This document shows, piece by piece, positions 13,535 through 24,725 of a DNA stretch of 64,000 nt. The notes under the pieces are model-generated. The model had not been told where the DNA came from. It made no database searches and worked only from the letters and a program-made list of their open reading frames with translations. This DNA is from Octopus sinensis (taxonomy: Eukaryota). The translations under genes and the position numbers were made by a program. The stretch lies in contig NC_043001.1 in assembly GCF_006345805.1 (NCBI RefSeq), forward strand, positions 97,650,001 to 97,714,000, read 5' to 3'. Positions within the stretch are counted from its first letter, which is position 1. The number at the start of each line of letters is the position of its first letter.

Positions 13535-14130
13535 TAGAGACAGTCGTTGTGCATTGTACTACCAAAAAGAAAACACTGTAATTGTCGCTAAATGTGACTA
13601 GGGTGTTAGAATGCCTACATCGCTAGAAATAAGTGCTAATGCTCTAGTTAAAGCACGTAATAGTATGCATATATACTGACAGGATCTGTAATCGCCCGAA
13701 AACAGCAGTCGAGAACATCCCTATACCGATCGGTTAGTTTCGGCTAATTCCATAGCCTCATTAATAGGCTTCTTTCGGACTTAATTCTCCGTCAGTACAG
13801 AAAAGCCTATGGATCATTTAGCGATAGGCTAATGTGTATGCAAAAAAGTAATATAGACAGTTGTGTGACATGTGTTATCACAAATGAAAACTATACTTGT
13901 CACTAACTATGACAAGGCAGTTAGAATACCTACATTGCTAGAAATAAGAGCTAAACGTCGCTAATTCTGTAGTTAAAGCACACAATTGTACACATATGTA
14001 ATAACGATAACCGTAATCGCCCGAAAACACCGGTCGAGAAATTCACTTTGCTGATCGGTCAGTTCCGACTAATTCTGTTGCTCCATCAGTTGGGACCGCT
14101 CGAGTCCTACTGTTCCATTATTGGTGAGAT
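13535..14130 (-). repeat. Two diverged ~320-bp tandem units, each with a decayed HHR (retrozyme/pLTR-like)
   Basis: Shared TTAGAAT(G/A)CCTACAT..CTAGAAATAAG and TAATCGCCCGAAAACA at ~317-325 spacing; HHR relics at 13720-13768 and 14045-14093. Confidence 0.7.
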
Positions 14131-14283
14131 CAAATAAGATATATTCCAACTAGCGACAGACAATTATCATTTAATATACGAAGAATTTATATGCGAGCTA
14201 CAATTACTTTCATACAGAGCAAGCACAGATAATCTTGTATAGCATGTCGTGTATTCACAACTTATTCTTCATCTTGATATAAA

Positions 14284-15538
14284 TTGGGTTGTCGGGAAAG
14301 TTCGGGCCGATTTATAGTAGCTTCATTTTCAACTTATTTTAGAACATGGTTGAGTCCATAAAATAGGATTTGACTACACCCCCATTTAGAGCACAGTTTA
14401 AGCTATCTTTTCCTGGAAGAAGGTTTACGTTCCTATAACCTGTGTTAATTCTGTAACCCTTTAACATGGAAGATAAGAAAGTTCATTTTCGGCACTTGAT
14501 GCTTTTCTTTTTCCATAAAGGGAAAAATGCCTCACAAGCAACCAAAGAAATACGAGCAGTTTACAGTGATATTTCTTTATCGAAAAGAAGTGTACGGAAG
14601 TGGTTCGCAAGGTTCCGAGCTGGAGATTGTAGCCTTATTGATAAAGAGCGATCAGGCAGACCATCCACTACAGATGATGACGAAATTATGTCATTAACAT
14701 TGCACAACCCGAGAATTGGCAGAAAGCCTCAACCTATCAAAATCCGTCGTTCATGAGCACCCGGTAAAGCTTGAGTACACAAATCGCTACGATGTTAAGG
14801 TACCACATGAGTTGAGTGAGAAGAACCTTTTGGATCGTATTTCCATCTGTGATTCGCTTTATAAACGGAATGAAAACACACCTTTTTTAAAGAAAATTGT
14901 GACAGGTAATGAGAAATGGATTATCTACCGAAATGTTCAGAGAACGATCCTGGTGTAAGCGACATGAGCCACCCTTAGCTACATCAAAAGCGGGTCTTCA
15001 CCCTAAAAAAGTCTTGCTTTGTGTCTAGTGGGATTGGAAAGGAATTTTGTACTATGAGCTTCTCCCAAGTAACCAGACAATTAATTTTGACAAATACTGT
15101 ACACAACTGGACGAGTTAAAAGCAGCAATTCAAGAGAAACGTGCACAATTGGCCAACAGGAAGGATGTTGTTTTCCAACATGATAATGAAAGATTGCACG
15201 TTTCTTTGGGAACCAGACAAAAATTGCTGCAGCTCGGCTGGGATGAGTTAGCCCCCCCCCCCCTCCATATTCAACAAATATTGCTCCTTCGGATTTCCAC
15301 TTATTCAGGTCTCTGCAGAATAGTCTCAATGGTAAAAAATTTAATAACTTGGATGACGTAAAAATATACCTTGTTGAGTTATTTGCCCTGGGAATAGGGT
15401 ATTTTCAAGTTAAAGGAAAGATAGAGACGCATTGTGCAACAAATGGTTCATATTTGGTTGATTAAAAATGTAATGGCAAGTATTTATTGACCTTTTTCTT
15501 TCCTTTAAATATCGGCACGAACTTTCCGGACAACCCAA
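14284..15538 (+). mobile_element. Full-length mariner (DD34D) transposon, inactive
   Basis: TIRs TTGGGTTGTCGGGAAAGTTCG / CGAACTTTCCGGACAACCCAA followed by TA; 1255 bp. Confidence 0.95.
14466..15463 (+). pseudogene. Mariner transposase pseudogene (frameshifts, stops)
   Basis: MEDKKVHFRH..KWFARFRAG..RSGRP, VPHEL, TGNEKW (first catalytic D changed to N), HDN, PYSTNIAPSDFHLF, split across frames. Confidence 0.93.
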
Positions 15539-15769
15539 TAAAATATCGCTAGCCATTTTGGGCAAAAAGAGAGAAAAACTGAGAAGGAACAGGAGGAATG
15601 AAAGAGATGTTTATGTGTCTCTGCAAGTTTCCACAACCACCACCACAACCACTGTCGCCACCACCACCAACGCCAGCACCACCAGCACCACCAACACCAC
15701 CACCACCACTTGGCACGCATCGTTGGTTTGTCTACGTAAAGGTACCAGATAGAAGAAGCACCAGTTTTC

Positions 15770-15860
15770 TATAATAGGCAATGGTCCGATTTTCTCGGCT
15801 AAAGCACTATAAAGTTTTGCTCCAGAATGGCCATAGTACAATGACTGAAACAAATAGAAA
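15770..15860 (+). mobile_element. 3' fragment of the major SINE family
   Basis: TGCTCCAGAATGGCCATAGTACAATGACTGAAACAA matches the tail of 23073-23485. Confidence 0.6.
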
Positions 15861-15891
15861 ATATTATATACTATAGCATATTTATATATGT

Positions 15892-16200
15892 GAAGGCGCA
15901 ATGGCCCAGTGGTTAGGGCAGCGGATTCGCGGTCGGAGGATCGCCGTTTCGATTCCCAGACTGGGCGTTGTGCGTGTTTATTGAGCGAAATCACTTAAAA
16001 GCTCGACGAGGCTCCGGCAGGGTGTAGTGGCGACCTCTGTTGTACTCTTTCACCATAACTTTCTCTCACTCTCACTTCCTGTTTCTTGAGTAACTCTGCG
16101 ATGGATTGGCGTTCTGTCCAGCTGGGGGGGGGGCACATACGCCACAGAAACCGGGAAACCGGGCCCATGAGCCTGGCTAGGCATGAAAAGGGCGACATTT
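15892..16200 (+). mobile_element. tRNA-derived SINE with V-domain-like core
   Basis: Head GGCGCAATGGCCCAGTGGTTAGGGCAGCGG..TTCGATTCCC; core CTGCGATGGATTGGCGTTCTGTCCAG; tail GAAACCGGGAAACCGGGCCCATGAGCCTGGCTAGG. Confidence 0.8.
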
Positions 16201-16532
16201 ATCATATATATATATATATATATATATATACATTACACACTTATAATTACAGTGGGAGTACTCGTTCCTTTCTAGTTTATATTATATTCATACTATTTTG
16301 GTTTATAGTTATGCAATTTGACAATTTATATAATGTTAAGGTGATCTTGAACAAGGAGTATATATGTGCATACAGCTGAAGAATTAATATTGATTTAAAT
16401 TAACTTATAAAATATATGTAATTGTCCATGAAATTTTACAGTTGACTGAATAATGAATTTACATATATGCAGTACAGAATAATTAAATTTTATGGGTTCT
16501 GACATTTTATAGTATGCATTATATTAAATCAT

Positions 16533-16594
<62 letters not shown>
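16533..16594. repeat. (TAC)n microsatellite (another at 34683-34752)
   Basis: Directly visible. Confidence 0.97.
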
Positions 16595-16595
<1 letters not shown>

Positions 16596-18730
16596 AACAG
16601 TGAAAGACACAGAGACCCAGAAAAGCAGTCCCTGATACTAACAGGAGTTAAAACGAAAATGAAATATTTTGTGTAAGTTAAACGCATGCACATTCACAAA
16701 TACACGGAAGTACACTTATCGATATAGATACATACATATATGTATGTATGTATTTTTTTTATTTCAAATCTTTAATTTTCAAATCTTTCATTACTGTACT
16801 GGTTAAAGTCCTTTGTCTGTGGCCAGGCTTGAGGCATCACCTTAAATTTATTTAGTCGAGCAAATGTCCCGCTGTACGGGATTTTTTAAAGTAAACTTTC
16901 CTCGAGGTGCTATGTTCAGCAAAATAACTGTGTATCAAGCAATGATTGATGAATGAAAAGACTACGAAGGAACATGCATACATATACGTATGTCCTCATT
17001 GCTTCTAGTTCCAACACCACTGCAGCCTCCTCCTCCTCCCCTTCTTCTTCTTCCTCTCCCTTCACTTTTCCATTCCTGCAGGAAGTTGAACGTAACATTT
17101 ATCGAAAGTAAATATTTCAGCATATTATTTGAACAAGAAACATTTCTTTCTTTAAACTGATTTTCTACAGAATGGTTATTGTTCATAACGTTAAATATGT
17201 TTTATATGTTATGTGTAATGGTCGAGAACAACCGAATTGTATTAAGTAACCAATTTAATCGATCGTTTATCTATGGCACACACTATTACACCGGGTTAGA
17301 ACATACAGATTTCGCTTTCAATATTTCATTGTTTATCGATCGTGTTTCAAATAACATTACTATCAGAATATCTGGGAAAACCTTTCATTGTAAGTTCGCC
17401 TTTAATACAAATGTCTTACTTCAATGATTATTCTCCTTTTCCTTCCTGCTAAATTATTTTATATGTAGATCTGACCATCCATCTTCGCTGATTATAATGT
17501 CGTCTTTAATTCCTCGCCTTTGATGCATGTTGTTCTTGTAGCCTTTCCAGCTAAGCTCAGATATGCGTCGTTTCTATGAACTGATTTCATGTCAAAGAAC
17601 TTACTGCGGTGGGGGTTGATGGTTATACGTTCGTCTTCGCCTTTGATCAACGGCAATAAATGTTTCTTGCACGATTTTTCCTTCGCTGTTTAAGCATCAG
17701 AGTATATAATAAGTTTGATTTCATTTCATTGAAATGCTGATTGGTCAAAAATCTTTTAACACCTTGCCTTTATGAAATTTTCCTTCCAATTGACTTCAAA
17801 GTAATATCGTTAATGAGTTTCCAGTACCTAACGAGACTTGTGCATTTTAAACGCAAACTACTATAACGGCTGTCTTACATAGTCATGTGATGCAAGCAGC
17901 CAATTACAATAACTTTTCTGTAGTTATTTTCTTTTTTCTGAAGAAGTATATTTATTTCAAACAATATATTCTTTTGAAATTATCTATCGTACACGTAAAC
18001 ATGAAGTTTGGCTTACAAGTAGACAACCTCAAACGCATTCATACAAGCACTCAAACACACAAACACAAACACACACACGCACACAAATTTATAAATAAAG
18101 AGAGAGGGAAAAGTGACTGAGAGTGATGTATATATATATATATATATATACACACACGCACGCGTGCACTGAAACGCACAAACTGGCGCACATATATGTA
18201 TATATTTTAGACAGAACCCACACGCCATTACACACTTCAATAGATATCTTCGAATTTCGACGGAAGTAAAATTAGATTTGAAGCTATGATATCTGGACAA
18301 TATCAAACAAAGAGGTATGAGGTATAAGAAATTAATAAAGATAAAGCCAAACAGGTGCACTTCAAACAGTACATTTCACACTCAAGAGACACTGATACAA
18401 CGAGACGCAAATGAGTTCTATTACACATTTATGCTGCAGTAACAGTGACAAATACATAATGCATCAGTTTCCCATCAGCTTATTAACACTCACACACACA
18501 CACACACGTACGTTTAATTGTGTGTGTACGTGCGGCTGTAATTAGCGTTTAAGTGTTTCGTTTACAAATCTCGTGTTTTCGGTTTCAGTTCAATATGGCG
18601 CAGTGTGGCTAAACGGGTTCTACTAAACGTATCTATCAAATTACTGAGATCTGAAGTTTACATGGGAAGTGCAAGAAAACCGTCCTGTACACATATCCAT
18701 GTATGCATTCCTCCATCAATTCATCCATTC

Positions 18731-18734
<4 letters not shown>

Positions 18735-18779
<45 letters not shown>

Positions 18780-18788
18780 ATCAGTATG

Positions 18789-18863
<75 letters not shown>

Positions 18864-18905
18864 ATCTATCTATCTGTCTGTCTGTCTGTCTGTCTGTATA
18901 TCTGC

Positions 18906-18971
<66 letters not shown>

Positions 18972-19040
18972 GTCTGTCTGCCTGTCTGCCTGTCTGTCTG
19001 TATATCTATCTATATATCTGTCTGTCTGTCTATCTATCTA

Positions 19041-19082
<42 letters not shown>
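18735..19082. repeat. Compound (TC)n/(TCTA)n/(TCTG)n/(TA)n microsatellite (similar at 46253-46705)
   Basis: Directly visible; source of the LSIY ORFs. Confidence 0.97.
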
Positions 19083-19085
<3 letters not shown>

Positions 19086-19524
19086 CTATCTAACGGCGGT
19101 GACCAGGCGGAGAAGCAGCCTTCGAGGTGAAACTAATAAAAAGAAAAGAGACGACAAATATATATACACGTGCGCGAACGTGTGTGTGTATATGTGTGTG
19201 TGTGCATGAGTGTTGTGAAGCACGTATGTTTTTTTGCGTTTGACCCTGTCCCTGTGTGCTTGTTTACAATGGAGATAATTTATTGTTTTGCCGTTGCCAT
19301 TTCTACGAATGTCCTCCAACCTAACTCTGATGTACTGAAAAAAAATATTAAGGAACTGAGAAAATAAGCAACACAACACATTACCCTATGAAGGAATGTG
19401 ATTTGAGGGACATCGAGAAAAACAGCTTCAATTCTCCGCCGAATAATGTATTTATAAAAATGTAACTGAACGTTACTCAATTAAATTAAAAGTCCCCAAC
19501 TGGCCTGGGGCCCTGCAAAATAAT

Positions 19525-20838
19525 ATCACGGAATTAATTCTTGAAAGGTTTCTCAAGCTTTCCTCCAGTCTATGAAGAGATCAGTAATCTCCCAGAATTT
19601 TTTCGGTCTATCTAACGTATCTTAAATCGGTGTACGAGAGATATTCATGAAACATAGCCCTGATCCACTTCCGGTTATTCCACGAACGGCAACTTGTATA
19701 GGTATAATCATACATGTCTCTACATGTCACTTTGTAAAATACAATTTCCAACTAGTAATCGTTTGTCTTTTACGGCTACTGAAGTGGACTACAGTCATAA
19801 TTGAGGCAGCTGAATACAGATCACTGATTAGGTTCCTATACAGGAAAGTTTACAAACCAAAAGAGAGCTTCGATGATATGAAAGGAGTTTATGGTGACGA
19901 AGTGAAGCACAAGCAGTGCCGGTTCTAATGTGGTCGAATATCGGTTGAAACTGCTCCTATTAATAGACGACTACATTCTGCCATTGATGATGATACCATC
20001 CATAAAGTGGAAGCCGCCACTTAAGAGGATCACCGCAAAATTATTGTACAACAGTCCCAAGAGGTGAAGTTAAGTGTAGGCCCCGTGGAAAAATTATTCA
20101 CGAACATGTGAACATGAGGAAGTTGACTACACGATGCATTTCCTGGTTGCTCACACCTTTTCGGAAGCAGGAACGAGTCCGTTGTTCCTAGGCTCTTTTG
20201 GCAATATGCCAAGAAAACGAGGAGGGCTTTTTTAGGCAGGCTTATCACACAAGATGAAACATGGGTCATAACTGTGATCCTCCGATTAAAGTGCAGCCGT
20301 AGCAGTTGAAATATGATAACTTACCACCTCCAAAGAAGGCTCGTGTCCAACCGTAAGCTGGCAAGTTAGTGCTCATAGATTTGGGAACCAGCGACGAGTA
20401 GTGATGGCAAATTTTCAGGGCACATTATGCTTCTCTGCTGCAGAAATTGCGGGAAGCCATCAAAGGAGAGGTGTGGCATGCTGATCTACCTTCTTTAAGA
20501 TATCGCTCTGGTTCACAATGCGCATGTTGCCCAGATGAAATCACACTCTTACGGCTATGAAATCCTTCCTCATCCCCCATACTCTTCAAACCTCTCACCA
20601 TATGATTTCAACCGCTTTCCAGTCATGAAGCCTTTTTTGAAGGGGAACCATTTTCGGTTCCAGACGCAACGTACCGACTTCTACAGGCAAGTTCTTCACA
20701 GCTGCATAAAGCGATCGGAGATGTGTGTCAACATAGGTGGTGGATATGTACAGAAGCACTAATAATTCTGCAAGGTTTCGGTAATCCATGTCTTTGGGAA
20801 GTGGCTCAGGGGAAATCTTTAATGAACGCCACTCGTAT
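19525..20838 (+). mobile_element. Older decayed mariner element
   Basis: EYRSLIRFLYRK..MKGVYGD, ITQDETWV, HPPYSSNLSPYDF (~HPPYSPDLAPSDF); right end GAACGCCACTCG-TA; left TIR eroded; ~1.3 kb. Confidence 0.85.
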
Positions 20839-21240
20839 GTTGTACCGATTTTGGAAGCATACGATACTCTTCTTCAGAGGAAGCGAACATTTGATGAACC
20901 TATTAAAGATAAGAAACGCATCCCACTTTCAAGGAGTGAAAGAGCAAACACACTAGACGATTATTAGGGCACAACAGAAAAAAAGGTGGAAATATGAAAC
21001 AGTGGCGACGCAAGCGTTGGTTGACTCTCGCCCAATTTTCGAAGGCAACTTCCTGAGTCAAGTAAAGTGTTTTCGTAACCGTCTCACAGTTCATATTACA
21101 ACTTTTAAAAAATGAGAGACTCTACAAATGTTTGAAGATATTTAAGAATTTCTTCTTCGATATTTCTTGAGAACGACGAATTACTCTCTTTTCCTTCTCT
21201 CTTAAAGGAGTACCAAGATATGTACACGGAAATGTGTACA

Positions 21241-21311
<71 letters not shown>

Positions 21312-21879
21312 GGAAAACAAAATGTGTACAAGGATACGTACACGAAAATAAATAGCGGAGAAGTTATTCACGCTATTTATTGTTATATATTTGAAAACAG
21401 GGCACTCAAACATTTGGCTAGAATTTATATCTATAGAAGAATATATAATATATTTCCACTCCTTAAGGATTCATGAAATTCTCTTCACTGATAAATTAGT
21501 TCCACTGTTTTTTCCCCAGAAGATATACAAACATGCAGGCATTAGGTTGTAGGAATATTGACAGCATTCGATCTATAAATAAATGAAAAATAATTGGAAG
21601 GCATGTATGAACAGGCAGTTGAATGTGGTAGAACATGAAATTCCGAACTTCATAATCTAAGATTTGTCTTTACATGCGGGAATATGTTCACACATTTAAA
21701 TTGTACAATTTCCAGTTACAAGAGCATTGAAGTCTATAGGTCTGTTGGAAAATATTTACTCAGTTGGCTTTGCCAATTCTTCAGAGAAAGTAAACATGTG
21801 ACCGTCCTGACTTACCTTAGGTTAGAGCAGATATTTATTATTTACCAGTGAAAGAGCAACAATGAGTATTGTGGAAATT

Positions 21880-22300
21880 ATCGAAAGAAAACCTATGTAC
21901 ATCCAAAATTTAAATCAAACGCAAATTCCAGTAAAGCTCGTTATGTTACCCATTATGATAAATTTCGAGCAAGTCAAGGACCGTCTTTGTTAACACCTAG
22001 GCTTAAAATTGTTAGGAACATGCAAAACGTACCCACAAATAGTAATATTCTCAATGTTACTTTCTGCCGTTGTCTAAATCCTGAATAGTCGATACATCGA
22101 ACAGCTGATGAGCTGCCATTTGAGTCAGCTTTAATAAGATACGATTATTTCTTGAAGAGAATAAATCTCCAATTATCACGTCAAACAGTGCGAATATACT
22201 CTCATTATCGTTTCGGAACGTATGATTTCTTACTGAGTCCGATGTATGATCTGTATGAAGATAATTAGGATATCAAAATTGATGCCCTAGAATAAAGTGA
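21880..22300 (+). pseudogene. Possible Ty3/Gypsy RT relic
   Basis: PKFK..KAR, RCLNPE*SIHR...LP (~RICLDPxxLNxAIxRxxxxLP), RFGTYDFLLSP (~PFGRYxFxRMP) in the expected order. Confidence 0.3.
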
Positions 22301-22679
22301 AGTGTACAAGCCGCCAAAGAAGAACACCGAAACCCTTCCACTTATGTTCCCTCAAATACTATGTCAATGAAGCTTATCGCCCAATTATAGGAAATAAGTC
22401 AGCAAAAGGGCTGCAAAAAAGTGTGTAACAATTGCCCATTTTACTGCAGGAAACATCATAAACAAAAGGGAGAAAACGCTAGAACGGGATGCACTATAAC
22501 AGTTTCGTAAATATAATATTGATGAATGTGCTTGATCAGTATCGTGTCAACGCCATCCGATTATAATATTGTAGAAGAATGAATATCCTTGCGGAAGTGC
22601 ATTCTATTGAGGGGAAGCGATAATCTTGGAAAACCATGAATCTGCTCCAGAAAAGCTTGTTTTAGTCATATTGGCAGAG

Positions 22680-23030
22680 TAATGTCTGTTATTTCGTTTG
22701 GGGATTTGGTTTGCAAGTTTCTTTATGTGAGTTCGCGTGTTGAAGCATACTCTATTGTGTCTGAGGAGAGTCATTCTCTTTTAGTTCCTTATAATTTAAC
22801 AAACTCACCGGCAATATTTCCACCTATTTCTTTTTTATATTTCTAAAATATTCGTTGCGTATTGCAAACTTTTCAATAGATTTGACTCCCAAAACTATTA
22901 AAAAAGGTTGCAAGACGCAACAAAAATTTTAGAAAAATATGAAAGGAATAAAGGGAAATTTTACCGGTGACTGTGTTAAATTATAAGAAACTAAAAGAGA
23001 ATGACTCTCCTCAGAGGCAACAGAATGCCT
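22680..23030. mobile_element. PLE-like foldback insert, arms ~22752-22879 / 22895-23027, with variant HHR relics at the centre
   Basis: CTGAGGAGAGTCATTCTCTTTTAGT.. / ..ACTAAAAGAGAATGACTCTCCTCAG; two-copy consensus CTA-TTGAAAA-G-GTTGC(aagac)GCAAC-GAAA-ATTT-TAG. Confidence 0.7.
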
Positions 23031-23072
23031 GTTATGATTGTAGAGATACATACATAGGTGTATCACTACATA

Positions 23073-23197
23073 GGCGTGGGAGTGGCTGTGTGGTAAGTAG
23101 CACTTCGGACAAGTGTCTTCTACTATAGCCTCGGGCCGAGCAAAGTCTTGTGAGTGGATTTGGTAGACGGAAACGGAAAGCAGCCCGTCGTATATAT

Positions 23198-23276
<79 letters not shown>

Positions 23277-23485
23277 GTGTGTGTGTGTGTATGTGTGTGT
23301 GTGTGTTTGTGTTTGTCCACCCAACCTCAATTGTGTGTTTACGTCCCCGTAACTTAGCGGTCGGCAAAAGAGACCGATGGAATAAGTGCTAGGCTTACAA
23401 AGAATAAGTCCTGTGGTCGATTTGCTCGACTAAAGGTGGTGCTGTAGCATAGCCACAGTCACATAACTGAAACAAGTAAAAGAGT
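23073..23485 (+). mobile_element. Major tRNA-derived SINE with internal (TA)n(TG)n
   Basis: GGAGTGGCTGTGTGGTAAGTAG..GTGTCTTCTACTATAGCCTCGGGCCG..GGATTTGGTAGACGGAAAC..CGTCCCCGTAACTTAGCGG..CTGAAACAAGTAAAAG; several copies in the window. Confidence 0.88.
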
Positions 23486-24074
23486 AACGAGTAAAGGGTA
23501 ATAGAGATGCACAAGTAGTGTGTGATATTTCTGGTCAAAATGTCGCTCACGCGTATCCCAATGACTTTTTTCCGTCGGATGTGCTCTTCTACGTCACCAT
23601 ACCACAATCAATACAGCTAATCGTGCATTTTAAAAGTTGAAGTTGCTCGTGTCTGCTTCAGCCTCCTATAGGAGTGAAAAAAGGTATGTTCGTCCGTACA
23701 ATTCAGATTTCATGCTAAGGGTGTCCATGACACTTTTGATATCCTTACAACAAGCTTGGTATTCAATTGTTTTCTTTTACTTGTCAATACAGACGTAGAG
23801 TAAGGTGGAAGATGATTTTCTTAACTACTTAACTACAGTTTTCCCTCTGCTTTGGTTTGTATGTTTTAAAGCAACAAAACAGTGGTAATATGTTTTATGA
23901 ATTTTGCAAGTTCCATAATACACGAGTCATCAAAAACATTCAGACACGTATATTTCATTGCATATATATATATATATTTCGGAATGGTCATTTTGCCAGT
24001 TTAGCCAATAATAACACACGCACTATATATTTGGTGTTACTTTGCTTTTTTGGTATTTATTTTTTACGTTAATC

Positions 24075-24136
<62 letters not shown>

Positions 24137-24138
<2 letters not shown>

Positions 24139-24500
24139 GCCACTGCGTGGTGCCTAGGACTCCAAATTTGCCATCAAGATGTAGGACAAGATACTGTGAT
24201 AGCCTGGGCTTCCGAGGCCCACAGCTCTTCAATATCCTCCCGAAGAACCTAAGAGACCTGCATGGGGTGGATGCAGATGTCTTTAAAATGAAACTGGATC
24301 TCTTCTTGTCAGGTATCCCAGTTGAACCAACTTCACGGCAGGAGGTGCAGATGAGGGCAGCTGCATCGAACTCTCTCATGCACCAAATGGCAGTTGCTAA
24401 AAAGCATTCGTGAAGTAAAACCATGTAGCAACACTAAATGGCGGTGGTGCCCCAGCATGGCCACAGCTCATGAGCTGAAACTAGAATCAATCAATCAATA
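24137..24500 (+). mobile_element. 5'-truncated CR1/L2-group LINE 3' end
   Basis: Open frame to stop at 24413: SLGFRGPQLFNILPKNLR..FKMKLDLFLSGIP..RAAASNSL; 3' UTR stem-loop and (AATC)n tail. Confidence 0.85.
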
Positions 24501-24513
24501 TATATATATATAT

Positions 24514-24690
24514 GGAGGCGCAATGGCCCAGTGGTTAGGGCAGCGGACTCTTTCTCTCACACTTTCATCTGTTGGCCTGCTCGCTTAGCCAGCGTGGTGG
24601 CGTCATTTGAAGGCTAAAACAATGCGAACGCATTGTGACCAGCGGTGTGTAACAACATCTGGTGGTCTGGTCGGTCTCGTGATCGGGATC

Positions 24691-24695
<5 letters not shown>
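24514..24695 (+). mobile_element. Internally deleted SINE (same head as 15892, different tail)
   Basis: GGAGGCGCAATGGCCCAGTGGTTAGGGCAGCGGA, then GCGTCATTTGAAGGCTAAAACAATGCG.. Confidence 0.7.

Positions 24696-24721
<26 letters not shown>

Positions 24722-24725
<4 letters not shown>

Noticed and set aside
15892-15965. tRNA genes at SINE heads (also 4560-4633, 24514, 42089)
   Set aside because: No complete cloverleaf; they continue into SINE bodies.
21760-21792. Minus-strand CTGAAGA-A-TTGGC(aaa)GCCAA
   Set aside because: No GAAA or UH after the stem.
22100-22135. CTGATGA-GCTG..CAGC as an HHR
   Set aside because: Followed by TTTAA instead of GAAA; lies in a putative Gypsy relic.
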